DNA of 64,000 bases from Caldilineaceae bacterium (GCA_963664185.2 CAXXOQ010000143.1:3821-67820); one strand, 5' to 3'. Counted from the first letter of the stretch, positions 31,440-41,613 are shown. Notes: generated by a model from the letters alone, not told the origin. Numbers and translations: made by a program.

Positions 31440-32582
31440 TTACTTGTATGGATCAGCCGCGTCGCGCAGGCCATCCCCCAGAAAGTTGAACGCAAGCACG
31501 GTAAACACAACGAAAATGACCGGCGACACCACCCAGGGGTACAGCTGAATGGCGTTCAGATTGCCGGAACGCTGGAGCAGTACGCCCCAACTCACCGCGG
31601 GCGCGCGCATGCCCAGGCCCAGAAAACTCAGGGCGGTCTCCCCCAGAATCATGCCGGGTATGGCCAGGGTCAGGGCCACGATGAGATAGCTGAGGAAATT
31701 GGGCAGCATGTGCACCCGGATGTTGGTGGCGGCGCTCACGCCCATCACCCGGGCAGCCGTCACATAGTCCAGCTCCCGGAGTTCCAGCAACTTGCCCCGC
31801 ACCACACGGGCCAGGCCGCCCCAGCTCACCAGGGAGAGAATGCAGACAATGGCAAAATAGGTCTTGACCACGCCCCAGTCCGGCGGCAGGGCAGCACTCA
31901 GGGCAATCCAGAGGGGAATGGGGGGAATGGAAATCAGGAATTCGATCAGGCGCTGGATGATGACATCCACGACGCCCCCGAAGTAACCCGAAACACCGCC
32001 GAGCACAATGCCTATCAGAAACGAGACCGAAACCCCCACCAGGCCGATGGTCAGGGAAACCCGGGAACCGTATATGACCTGCGTCAGCAGATCCCGGCCA
32101 ATGTTGTCCGTACCCAACAGAAACAGGCGCCCTGGCTCTTCGACCCCCAGCAGATGAATCCGGGTTTCCCAGAGCCCCCAGAGCTTATAGGGATCGCCCT
32201 GGTGCAACAGGCGCAGGGGATAGCGCATGGACTCGTCGACTTCAAAGATTTTTTCCAGGGTGTACGAATCGCGGGTAGGGGTGGTGGCATACACAAAGGG
32301 ACGTCGCAACCCATTCTCTGTAAACCGGATGCGCACCGGGGGATGGTATTCCAGATCCTCAAACCGGGTCTTGACTTCATAGGGGGCCAAAAACTCGGCG
32401 AAAATCGCCAGGGCATAGAAGAAGGACAGGATGGTGATCCCCACCATGGCAAGGCGATGGCGGCGAAACCGCTGGCGAATCAGCTGCCACTGGGACGCCA
32501 GATAATACTGCTCCTGGGCCGCGTCAACCCGCGGGGCCGGTATCTCGGCCATGTCGGCCGCATGGGGATCGTGCGTTGCCAT
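31440..32582 (-). CDS. Peptide ABC transporter permease (OppC/DppC type)
   Basis: 380 aa ORF with a BPD-transporter permease fold, in the operon. Confidence 0.9.
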   Translation of the reverse strand: MATHDPHAADMAEIPAPRVDAAQEQYYLASQWQLIRQRFRRHRLAMVGITILSFFYALAIFAEFLAPYEVKTRFEDLEYHPPVRIRFTENGLRRPFVYATTPTRDSYTLEKIFEVDESMRYPLRLLHQGDPYKLWGLWETRIHLLGVEEPGRLFLLGTDNIGRDLLTQVIYGSRVSLTIGLVGVSVSFLIGIVLGGVSGYFGGVVDVIIQRLIEFLISIPPIPLWIALSAALPPDWGVVKTYFAIVCILSLVSWGGLARVVRGKLLELRELDYVTAARVMGVSAATNIRVHMLPNFLSYLIVALTLAIPGMILGETALSFLGLGMRAPAVSWGVLLQRSGNLNAIQLYPWVVSPVIFVVFTVLAFNFLGDGLRDAADPYK

Positions 32583-32588
32583 CGGACT

Positions 32589-33569
32589 TCAGTGCAGGCG
32601 AATGCGGGGATCCAGGGAATAGAGCAGCAGATCCGAGATAAATGTCCCAATCACGGTCAGGGAGGTCAGGAACAGCAACAGGCTGCTGGCAATGAACATG
32701 TCCTCGGCCACCAGGGCACTGAAGAGCATCGGCCCCACGGTCGGCAAACCCAGGACCATATCCGTAATCACGGTACCCGATACAATCGCGGGCAATTCCC
32801 AGCCGATGGTGCTGGTGATGGGATTCAGGGCGACCCGTATCGGATATTTCAGCAACAGCCGGAATTCGGATACGCCTTTGGAACGGGCCGTAATCACATA
32901 CTGCTTTTCCAGTTCATCCAGCAGCGTCGCCCGCATCACACGCGCCACGCCGGCCGTACCCGCCGTACCCACGATGATCATCGGCAGGGGGATATGCTTG
33001 AGCAGGTCGATGAACTTGTTCAGGCTCCATGGTTCATCCAGGTATTCGGTGGAAAACAGGCCCCCGACCGCGCCTCCCGCATTGAAAATGATCACCATCA
33101 GGATCAGGGCCAGCAGGAAATTGGGCGAAGCCAGTCCCACAAAACCAATCATGGTAAAAAAATAGTCAATGAAGGAGTATTGGAATACGGCCGAAATCAC
33201 GCCGATCAAAATCCCCACGGTATAGGCAAAGAGCAGTGACAGCAACGAAATGAGGGCCGTAATGCCCACCCGTTCGGCAATAATGTCGGACACGGGTTTG
33301 GCTTGCTGGAACGACCAGCCCAGTTCCCCCCGCAGGACATTGGCAAACCATTTGTAATACTGCACCCAAACGGGCTGGTCCAGCCCAAACTGAACCCGCA
33401 AGGCATCCAGCACCTGCTGTTCCACCTCCTGGCCGGTCGCCGCATACCGCACGGCCAGGGTGGTAATGTAATCCCCCGCCGGCAGCTGGATGATCACGAA
33501 AGACACCATGCTCGTGATCACAACGAGCAGTACCATGTACAGGAAACGACGTGCAAGGTAGGCAAACAT
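32589..33569 (-). CDS. Peptide ABC transporter permease (OppB/DppB type)
   Basis: 326 aa ORF with the MFAYLARRFLYMV start typical of the family. Confidence 0.9.
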   Translation of the reverse strand: MFAYLARRFLYMVLLVVITSMVSFVIIQLPAGDYITTLAVRYAATGQEVEQQVLDALRVQFGLDQPVWVQYYKWFANVLRGELGWSFQQAKPVSDIIAERVGITALISLLSLLFAYTVGILIGVISAVFQYSFIDYFFTMIGFVGLASPNFLLALILMVIIFNAGGAVGGLFSTEYLDEPWSLNKFIDLLKHIPLPMIIVGTAGTAGVARVMRATLLDELEKQYVITARSKGVSEFRLLLKYPIRVALNPITSTIGWELPAIVSGTVITDMVLGLPTVGPMLFSALVAEDMFIASSLLLFLTSLTVIGTFISDLLLYSLDPRIRLH

Positions 33570-33644
33570 GCTTTACCTGTCAAATACGCGCCCCCGGAAT
33601 CAGCCTTGATTCCGGGGGCGCATCCGCAAGACGGTACGCGTAAT

Positions 33645-35741
33645 CTAGTTCAGAATGAAGACAACATCATTGGGATAGGCTCCGGGCGCAGCCCCGACGA
33701 AGCTTTCATCTTCCGGGACATTCTGGATGCGATTGCTGATGGCAGATACGCTCGGCGGCGCGCTGACCGTACCCCACAGGTACAGATTTTCCACGTTCAG
33801 GGTGATCAGTTCGTTGATGGTGGACTCATACTCGGGGGTACCCGGTTCGGTCTGGAGCCAGGCAAAACCCAACTCGAACAGTTGCTTGATTTCATCCGGG
33901 GGTTCAATGCCTTCCTCCCCTTTGGTGTCATACCACTGGCGCCAGACATAGGAGGACATGGCACAGCAGGACTGCCAGTGCCAGGGCGGCATCAGGCGCA
34001 TGGGATAGGCCCGATAGGCGATCAGTTCGGAACCACCGTCTGTATTCCAGATTCCCACATCGTGCTCGTTGGCCACGTAGCGCGACATCAGGGTGTCTTC
34101 CGGCACAAATTTGGGTTGCCAGCGAATCCCGATTTCCTTCCAGTCCTCGACCAGCAGTTCCATCATCTCATCGTGGTACCCCAGCCATTCGGTGGCGTAT
34201 TCTCCCAAAATCGTAATGGTTTCGCCCGTGTCCGGGTTGACGCGGTACTCCCCGTTGGCATCCCAGGGCAGACCCATTTCATCCAGCAGGGCATTGGCGC
34301 GTTCCACATCGTGCTCGGCGAAATAGGTCCCCATCCAGTCTTCGTAACCCGTCCAAATGGAGGAAACGGGCGCGGTGAACGGCTTCGTGGTGCCCAGGAA
34401 AATCGTTTCGCTCAAATCGTCCCGATCCACCGCCAGGGCATGGGCCTGGCGGAAGCGGATATCATTGAACAGTTGGCTCTTGAACGGATCCGCGGTGGAG
34501 TAATTGAAGGCGACGCCCAGCGCACTGGAGGTCGTCTTGTTTTCCGTAATGACGATGCGATAATCGCCTTCCGCCTCGTTGCGGCGCAGAATCGGCAGAT
34601 CGGCAATGCTGATCTGGCTGGGGCCGTAGTCAAATTCCTGGTTCATGAACTTGAGCTTGAGGACTTCCGGATCCCCGCCCTGCTGCACGATCGAAACAAG
34701 TATGGAATCGATATAGGGCAACTGATTCCCCGCGGTGTCGACACGCCAGTAATAGGGGTTGCGTTCCCAGGTGACAAAAGCACTTTCCACATCCTTCAGG
34801 ATGAAGGGATTGAGTTGGGGACGTTCGGCCCGGGCCGCATAGTTCTTGCGCATGTTTTTGTCGGTAAAGGCACCGACCCAGTCGTCAAAACCTGCCTCCT
34901 GGGCATTGGCATCCGCATTCTCGTCGTAATCCGGGTGATACTGCCCCAGGAAATGGACAGGGGCCGCCGGAACGGAGGTCGCCCATGCCACCACAACCTT
35001 CTTGTTGGGCACACTGAAATCGTAACGCAAGGTATAGTCATCCACGACTTCCAGGGCAATCCACTCTTCGTTGAGCTTGTAGTTGTTGTCACTGCCGAAA
35101 AACAGCCGTTCGTCCTGCAGAATGGAATTCCACCAGAAGGCGAAATCGGCCGCATCCAGCGCATCGCCGTCAGACCATTTCATGCCCTGGCGCAGATGCA
35201 GGGTGAGCGACATGGCATCGGCGCTCATTTCATGGGATTCCGCGATATTGGAAAAGTACTGGGTCGTGTCCGGTCCCGCCTCGGGATTCGCCACAAACAG
35301 GCGCTGTTGCATCCCCTCGGTAAAACCCGTAAACCAGGATCCGGCTTCCGGGAAACCGGACAGCCGCAGTTCCCCGCCATACTGTCCGATATACCGCGGG
35401 GGCCGAATGACATAGGGATGCGCCGGCATTCTTTCGGCCAGCGGGGGCAGGGTACCTGCTGCTACCATCTCGGCCAGCATCGGTGCTTCGCTATAGCTGT
35501 CAAGGGTATTGCCGGTCGCAGCGGTATAGGCGGCCGGGGTACTGAAGTGGTAATCCACCCAGGGCTCATCCTCCAACATCACCAGGCCATCCATGTCGGC
35601 TTCCGCGGGAGCCGCCTCCGCTTCTGCCGCGGCCGGCGCGGGTTGATCCGTTTCGGCTTCCTCCGCACCACCGCCAGCACAGGCCACGGCGGCCAAAGCC
35701 GCCAGCAGTACTACGATCAAAATCCATGTTATGCGTCTCAC
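33645..35741 (-). CDS. ABC transporter substrate-binding lipoprotein, family 5 (peptide/nickel), unusually large
   Basis: 698 aa ORF with a lipobox-like signal (LAALAAVACAGGG), an acidic linker, and an SBP_bac_5-like body. First gene of the operon. Confidence 0.85.
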   Translation of the reverse strand: MRRITWILIVVLLAALAAVACAGGGAEEAETDQPAPAAAEAEAAPAEADMDGLVMLEDEPWVDYHFSTPAAYTAATGNTLDSYSEAPMLAEMVAAGTLPPLAERMPAHPYVIRPPRYIGQYGGELRLSGFPEAGSWFTGFTEGMQQRLFVANPEAGPDTTQYFSNIAESHEMSADAMSLTLHLRQGMKWSDGDALDAADFAFWWNSILQDERLFFGSDNNYKLNEEWIALEVVDDYTLRYDFSVPNKKVVVAWATSVPAAPVHFLGQYHPDYDENADANAQEAGFDDWVGAFTDKNMRKNYAARAERPQLNPFILKDVESAFVTWERNPYYWRVDTAGNQLPYIDSILVSIVQQGGDPEVLKLKFMNQEFDYGPSQISIADLPILRRNEAEGDYRIVITENKTTSSALGVAFNYSTADPFKSQLFNDIRFRQAHALAVDRDDLSETIFLGTTKPFTAPVSSIWTGYEDWMGTYFAEHDVERANALLDEMGLPWDANGEYRVNPDTGETITILGEYATEWLGYHDEMMELLVEDWKEIGIRWQPKFVPEDTLMSRYVANEHDVGIWNTDGGSELIAYRAYPMRLMPPWHWQSCCAMSSYVWRQWYDTKGEEGIEPPDEIKQLFELGFAWLQTEPGTPEYESTINELITLNVENLYLWGTVSAPPSVSAISNRIQNVPEDESFVGAAPGAYPNDVVFILN

Positions 35742-36032
35742 TTGGCCTTTCCTCCTTCATCATGAGAGAAACCATCAAATCGCCGGTTACGCAATCACTT
35801 TTGGACACCACATGACGTCCGTGACTCACGCCATACACATTCATTTTCGACTTTCTTTGGGTGCCCGTATTCTAAAGGGTGGCCAAGGACAATCGGAAAT
35901 TTTGGCGGCCCTGTAAACTGTTGTCCCCGCCCAGGATTGCCCGCATGCCACAAGTCGGAAATCGGGAAACGCCTGCATTCAGCATACAATACAGCCAGTC
36001 AGCCCTGCATAACCCGTCGCAAGCGAGATACC

Positions 36033-37385
36033 ATGAGCGAATTGCAAGACTTCCTGCTGGACGATGCCCAGATGCGTGCCTTTATCGGCCAAGGATACCT
36101 GAAATTCCATTTGCCCATGGGCACCACCTTTCACCAGCAGGTCTATGATGAGACCGAGCGGGTGTTCGCTGCGGGCGGCAATCCCGGCGATGACATTTAT
36201 GACGCTGTGCCTCTCCTCCATGAAGTATTCCATCATCCCCTGGTCCGCGGTGCCCTGACCAGCATCCTGGGGGCCGACTATTTCATGTACCCGCATCGCC
36301 ACTGTCATTTGACACCCCCCCAGCGTCAGGCCCAGCACAATCACAAGGACAGCATTCCCAGCGATCACTTCGTGCGGCACCACCGGGTGCGGTGGGCCAT
36401 GGCGTTTTACTATCCCCAGGAGACGCCCCTGGCATTCGGACCCACGGGTGTGCGTCCCGGCACCCAGTACTACATCACACCGGACACGGCCATGAAGCAC
36501 GATGAAATCCCCATGGTCGGGAAAGCCGGTGACGTGGTCATTGTTCATTACGATTTGTGGCACCGGGGTCTAACCAATTCCCTTAACCGCAACCGCTACA
36601 TGAACAAATTCCTGTTCTGTCGGGCCAGCGAGCCGACGGCACCCAGCTGGAATCATGAGAACCGCGACTGGTGGCCACCGGCTTCCTGGGGCTACAACTA
36701 CAACGCCCAGCCCATCTGGGAGTCCATATGGCACTGGCACCTGGGCCAGCCCAACCCCGATGCGGCCGCCGGCGCCGGCACAGACATTGATCAGATGGCC
36801 ACCGACTTGGCCGGCGAGGATGAACATGTCGCCATGAATGCAGCCTATGCCCTGGCCCAGTCCGGTGAAGCAGGCTGCGAGGCGCTCTTCCGGTACTGGC
36901 CCCAGGAAGCGGTGAACCGGCTGGAATCCAATTTGAGTGGACGCTACCGCAATCCCTGCGAGCTTCTGTCCTCCCACGGCCTCACCGCAGCCAACGGCAT
37001 GTCTGTCCCCCGGCTGGAATCCTTGCTCAAGGATGACAACTGGTGGATCCGGGCCGGAGCCGCCGATCGGCTGGGTGATGTGGGCGTATCGGCACGCAGT
37101 ACCATCCCTGCGCTGACCGAGGCCTTGCATGACACTTCGGAATGGGTGCGCCGCAATGCCGCCTTCTCCCTGGGCATTCTGGATGACGAGGGTACCAGTG
37201 CCCGCCTGCTGGGAGAATGCCTGACGGATCCGGCACCGCGCGTAGCCCAAAATGCTTCCCTGGCCTTGTGCAAGATGGCACGCCATGCCCAGGACGCCCA
37301 GGACGCCCTGTGTCAGGCCCAGACCTCCAGGGTCAAATACGTGCGCACCAATTCCCAGCTTGCCTTGCAGTTGATGCATGCCTAG
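36033..37385 (+). CDS. Phytanoyl-CoA dioxygenase (PhyH)-family Fe(II)/2OG oxygenase fused to C-terminal HEAT repeats
   Basis: HKD (HxD) and HYDLWHRGLTNSLNRNR motifs N-terminally. The C-terminal half has WIRAGAADRLGDVG / EWVRRNAAFSLGIL HEAT-like repeats. The ATG at 36033 was chosen over 35937. Confidence 0.7.
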   Translation: MSELQDFLLDDAQMRAFIGQGYLKFHLPMGTTFHQQVYDETERVFAAGGNPGDDIYDAVPLLHEVFHHPLVRGALTSILGADYFMYPHRHCHLTPPQRQAQHNHKDSIPSDHFVRHHRVRWAMAFYYPQETPLAFGPTGVRPGTQYYITPDTAMKHDEIPMVGKAGDVVIVHYDLWHRGLTNSLNRNRYMNKFLFCRASEPTAPSWNHENRDWWPPASWGYNYNAQPIWESIWHWHLGQPNPDAAAGAGTDIDQMATDLAGEDEHVAMNAAYALAQSGEAGCEALFRYWPQEAVNRLESNLSGRYRNPCELLSSHGLTAANGMSVPRLESLLKDDNWWIRAGAADRLGDVGVSARSTIPALTEALHDTSEWVRRNAAFSLGILDDEGTSARLLGECLTDPAPRVAQNASLALCKMARHAQDAQDALCQAQTSRVKYVRTNSQLALQLMHA

Positions 37386-37655
37386 CTTCCCGGTATCGGT
37401 CAGGGCACATGCGGGCCCTGCCGGGAACACCTGTGGCGTCTTGCGAGAGTGTGTACTTTGTCTCCGCCCCTGTTTGCGCTGCTGCCAGGCCGATCCCGGA
37501 TCACCGCCTGGCCTGCCGGAACACACATCTCCCTGCCCACGGGAAGCCACCACGCAGTGTCCGTTTCGATAGTCCGCCGGTCCGGGAAGGCAGACTGCCA
37601 TCTTTCTCTTTGCCTGAATCCCGCTTCCTTGTCTGCCTGATACCAGGAACCGCCC

Positions 37656-39710
37656 ATGAATGCCTGCCTTCTCCTTCGTGCCCGCATACCGGACGCCGTA
37701 GTCCAGCGGATGCGGATCGGTTGCCTGGTGGTGGTCTGTTGCCTGCTGACCAGTCTCTGGCTGGGAGCCGCCCCCGTGCCGGCCTACGCCACCCAGCTGT
37801 TGCCCTGCAACGATCTGCTGGGCTGCATTGAAATTCCTGCCGGACAGCCTGTCGTGGTGGGTGGACTGTTTGATCGTACGGGTGCCAATTCCGTGCAGGG
37901 GGTGGATCAGGCCCGGGCCGCGGCCCTGGCGGTCCAGGACTTTGGCCCTGTTCTGGGGCACACGGTCAGGCTGCAGGAACTGGACATTTCCTGCCAGGCC
38001 TCCACATTGCATTTGGAGGCCCTGACAGCGACGCCGACCCTGGTAGGCTTCGTGGGGCCCAGTTGCAATGGAGCGGCGCGGATCATGCTGCAACAAAATC
38101 TGCACCGGGACCTGCCCCTGGTTTCACCGGCAGCCACGGACAATGCCCTGTTCGTGTCCGATCGTCTGCAGCGGGGGTTGTGGCAACCGGGCTTCTACTC
38201 TGTGGCACCCAGTGACATACATCAGGGTGTGCTGCTGGCGCGCTATGCGTATGAGACCCTGGGCGTACGCACGTTGCTGGTCGTGGATGACGCCCAGCCC
38301 CAGCGCGACTCGCAGCGGGCAGCGATGGAAGCCACGTTCCGGATTTACGGGGGCCAGATCGTTGGCCGGGAATCCCTGACTCCGGGTACCGGTCCCGTCA
38401 TTCCCCTGCTGGAACGGGCCGCTGCGCTCCAGCCGGATGCGTTGTACCTGCCTACAGATCATCAGGATGCCCGGCGTTTGGTTTTGGCGATCAGCAGCAT
38501 GCCAGCTCTCCATGACGTGCTCCTGCTGGTGGGTACGGACTGGCTGGCAGCGGACGTTGCCGGGATCACACGCGATTCCAGCCTGGAGATCTACGCGGCA
38601 GGCCCCTACCTTACCCCGCAACAGGCCAATGCTTTTGAACACCACTGGCATCGCAATTACCTACAGGCTCCCTTTACCCTGAGCGCACCGCATGCCTATG
38701 ATGCTACCAGTCTGTTGTTGCAGGCTGTGCGCCTGACGGCCCAGCAGGATGTCCACGGCAATCTCTCGGTGGGCCGTCTGGCTTTGCGCCAGTCGCTCAA
38801 TCAGATGTCCGGGTTCCCCGGCTATACCGGGGTGCTGCAGTGCACGGGTCATGGCCAGTGCGCCGCGAACCTGGCATGGGGCCTCTACCGTCTGCCGACC
38901 CGTTCCGATGTGGGGGCCTGGCCCCTGATCCTGATTCAGGCTCCCAGGTTTCCGGTGGGCCGCAGCCCCCGCTACCTGGGACGTATCGTGGAGGACGCCA
39001 ACGTACGGAGCGGTCCAGAAAGCCATCTGCCTGTCTTGCGGACACTGGATCGGAATGACACGGTCCAGATCATCGGCACCACGCCGAACCGGGCTTGGGT
39101 GCAGATGGTTACCGGCGGCTGGCTGGAAGCCAGCCATCTGGAACTGTACCAGTTTGACTTGCCTGCCGTCTTCCGTGTGCCGTCCACACCCTTGCCCACA
39201 CCACCCCCCGCACAGGTAGGGGATCCGGATTGGCCAGTCCCCCAAGCCCAGAGCTTCCGTGCCCCTGATGGCATGTCCGTCCGGGTCATAGCCCTGTTGC
39301 AGGAAGGGGATCCGGGGTACTCGTCTACCGTACCCCCCAACACAACCAACCGGTCCCAATGCCCGCTCTGCGGCCATGTTGCGGTGCGCGTGGGATTGGA
39401 AAACACCTCTTCCGTCAATGAGCATCGTGTTTACCTCCAGGATTTTTCCCTGCATCTTGTGCAGGATCGGAACGGGTTTCCGGCCCGCATTGAAGCAGCG
39501 GCACTCCGGTGTCGCCGCCGGATCTTTGTCAGGGACAGCTCTTTGCTCCGCGCCGGCATTGGTGAGGTAACCCGGGATTTGTGCTTTGCCGTGCCGGATG
39601 TCACGCGTGTTACCTGGCTGTACAATCTGGTTTATGAATCGGCCCGCGACCCCCGGGAACCGCATGACACGCCACAGCCCGAGTTTGCCGTGCACTTCAG
39701 CCTGCGGTAA
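37656..39710 (+). CDS. Secreted multidomain protein: type-1 periplasmic binding (LivK-like) domain, SH3b-like domain, and an unassigned C-terminal beta-rich domain
   Basis: 684 aa ORF. A signal peptide is likely from M19 (MRIGCLVVVCCLLTSLWLGAAPVPAYA). PBP1 features include GFVGPSCNGA and LPLVSPAAT. The SH3b-like segment ANVRSGPESHLPVLRTLDRNDTVQIIG...WVQM..GWLEASHLE lies at about 38982-39149. Confidence 0.65.
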   Translation: MNACLLLRARIPDAVVQRMRIGCLVVVCCLLTSLWLGAAPVPAYATQLLPCNDLLGCIEIPAGQPVVVGGLFDRTGANSVQGVDQARAAALAVQDFGPVLGHTVRLQELDISCQASTLHLEALTATPTLVGFVGPSCNGAARIMLQQNLHRDLPLVSPAATDNALFVSDRLQRGLWQPGFYSVAPSDIHQGVLLARYAYETLGVRTLLVVDDAQPQRDSQRAAMEATFRIYGGQIVGRESLTPGTGPVIPLLERAAALQPDALYLPTDHQDARRLVLAISSMPALHDVLLLVGTDWLAADVAGITRDSSLEIYAAGPYLTPQQANAFEHHWHRNYLQAPFTLSAPHAYDATSLLLQAVRLTAQQDVHGNLSVGRLALRQSLNQMSGFPGYTGVLQCTGHGQCAANLAWGLYRLPTRSDVGAWPLILIQAPRFPVGRSPRYLGRIVEDANVRSGPESHLPVLRTLDRNDTVQIIGTTPNRAWVQMVTGGWLEASHLELYQFDLPAVFRVPSTPLPTPPPAQVGDPDWPVPQAQSFRAPDGMSVRVIALLQEGDPGYSSTVPPNTTNRSQCPLCGHVAVRVGLENTSSVNEHRVYLQDFSLHLVQDRNGFPARIEAAALRCRRRIFVRDSSLLRAGIGEVTRDLCFAVPDVTRVTWLYNLVYESARDPREPHDTPQPEFAVHFSLR

Positions 39711-39765
39711 AGAGACCTGGACTTCGGTCCAGAACTGATGCATCCGTTACCGAGATACGCTCGGC

Positions 39766-41454
39766 ATGCTCCGCCAAGACGCGTTGGACGCTTTGCACCG
39801 CAACCCCGAGGTGTCTGTGCTTATCGCTGGGGCTGGGGTCAACGGGGCCGGGGTCTTTCGGGATCTGGCCTGTCAGGGGGTAGATGCCTTGCTGGTGGAT
39901 CAGGGCGACTTTGGGGCGGGAACCAGTGCCGCGTCTTCCCACCTCATTCACGGTGGCTTGCGTTACCTGGAATATGGCGATTTCCGCCTGGTCCGGGAAG
40001 CGGTCCAGGAGCGCAACCGCCTGCTGGTCAACGCCTCGCATTATATCCAGCCGTTACCGACCTGCATCCCCCTCTTTTCGCACGTTTCCGGACTGCTGAA
40101 CGCCCCCTTGCGCTTCCTGGGCCTGCGCGATGCCACGGCGGCCCGGGGAACCTGGATCGTACGGCTGGGCCTGGCCCTCTACGACAGGTTTTCCCGATCG
40201 ATTCACGACAATCTTCCGGCCTCTCGGCTGGTGAATCGGCAGGCCAGCCGAGAACTCTTTCCGGCCTTGCATCCGCGCATCAAGGCGACCGCGCATTACC
40301 ATGATGCGTGGGTCCGGCATCCTGAGCGCCTGATCCTGGAACTCATCCAGGACGGCCTGCGCGAGCCAGCCGTCGGCATGGCACTCAACTATATGTCAGT
40401 GGTCGCCAGGGATCAACAGGATGTCCTGCTCCGTGATCACACGAACGGTACGGACATCCGTGTACGCCCCCGGGTGATCGTGAATGCCGCAGGTCCCTGG
40501 ATTGATCAGGTGAATCAGCGGCTGGACCGACCCTCTGCCTTCATCGGCGGGACCAAGGGATCCCATCTGGTCGTGGCCCACGATGCGCTTTACGAGGCCC
40601 TCCAGGGACACATGATGTTCTTTGAACACACGGATGGCCGCGTAGTGCTGATCTGCCCGTTCCATGACAGGGTATTGCTGGGAACTACCGACATCCGGGT
40701 CGACGATCCCGATGACACCTGTTGCACGCCGGAAGAGGAAGCCTATCTGCTGACCATGGTGTCCCAGGTCTTTCCCCGGATTGCCCTGTCGCCGGCCGAC
40801 ATTGTCTTTCGCTTTTGCGGTGTGCGGCCCCTGGGGGCCTCCGACAAAGCGGCGGCGGCCATCAGCCGGGATCATCAGCTGCGTCTCCTGCCCGGGACGG
40901 CCACGCAGGCACCGGTCTACTCGCTGATAGGCGGAAAATGGACTACGTTTCGGGCCTTTGCCGAACAGACTGTGGATGCTGTGCTCACCGAACTGGAACT
41001 GCCACGCCGCAGGGCTACGCAGGATCTGGCCATAGGCGGAGGCAGGGCCTATCCGGATACCCCCGCCGCGGCCGAGGACTACGTAAGGGACCTGGCGGCA
41101 CAGTACCACCTGCGTCCAGGGACATGCCGTGAGCTGTTTGCCCGGTATGGCACGGGCGCCGAAGACGTAGCCTCCTTTTGCGCCGGTCATGCACAGGGGG
41201 AGGAGCGCATGCCCCTTTCCTGTTTGCTGAAGGCCGAACTGGTGTATCTGTGCCGCCATGAAATGGTCGTGCATCTGGAGGATCTCCTGTTGCGACGCAC
41301 CCTGCTGGCCATGTTGGGCCAATTGTCGTCCGCGGTGCTGGAGGAGGTAGTCACGGTGATGGCATCCGAACTGGAATGGACTGCCACGCACAAGGAAGCG
41401 GAATTGCGGCAGGCCCGCGACAAGCTGCAAACCCGCCATGGGGTTGTTTGCTGA
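39766..41454 (+). CDS. glpD: FAD-dependent glycerol-3-phosphate dehydrogenase
   Basis: VLIAGAGVNGAGVFRDLA dinucleotide fold, SSHLIHGGLRYLE motif, and the C-terminal GlpD domain. Confidence 0.85.
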   Translation: MLRQDALDALHRNPEVSVLIAGAGVNGAGVFRDLACQGVDALLVDQGDFGAGTSAASSHLIHGGLRYLEYGDFRLVREAVQERNRLLVNASHYIQPLPTCIPLFSHVSGLLNAPLRFLGLRDATAARGTWIVRLGLALYDRFSRSIHDNLPASRLVNRQASRELFPALHPRIKATAHYHDAWVRHPERLILELIQDGLREPAVGMALNYMSVVARDQQDVLLRDHTNGTDIRVRPRVIVNAAGPWIDQVNQRLDRPSAFIGGTKGSHLVVAHDALYEALQGHMMFFEHTDGRVVLICPFHDRVLLGTTDIRVDDPDDTCCTPEEEAYLLTMVSQVFPRIALSPADIVFRFCGVRPLGASDKAAAAISRDHQLRLLPGTATQAPVYSLIGGKWTTFRAFAEQTVDAVLTELELPRRRATQDLAIGGGRAYPDTPAAAEDYVRDLAAQYHLRPGTCRELFARYGTGAEDVASFCAGHAQGEERMPLSCLLKAELVYLCRHEMVVHLEDLLLRRTLLAMLGQLSSAVLEEVVTVMASELEWTATHKEAELRQARDKLQTRHGVVC

Positions 41455-41613
41455 TACCGTGAAGCCTACCGCTTGCCTTGGCGTCCTGCATGTTGTCGGC
41501 GGGGAAGCGATGACGTCCCACAGTCGGGAGTACCGGCAACTTTTCTGCTCCCGCTGTCACGACACCCCCGGTGCGCCATGGGGATGGCAGGGATATCCGC
41601 CTCTCCCTCCCTC

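Noticed and set aside
31131-35765. Very long plus-strand ORFs (702 aa at 31131-33239 and 820 aa at 33303-35765). Similar giants occur elsewhere: 12983-15631 minus (882 aa), 55172-57559 plus (795 aa), 4031-6220 plus (729 aa), 58451-60091 plus (546 aa).
   Set aside because: All lie antisense to genes with unmistakable family signatures (Opp permeases/SBP, FtsH, NuoL, E1 subunits, NuoH). Their translations are Arg/Gly/His/Pro/Gln-rich low-complexity strings typical of shadow ORFs in high-GC DNA.
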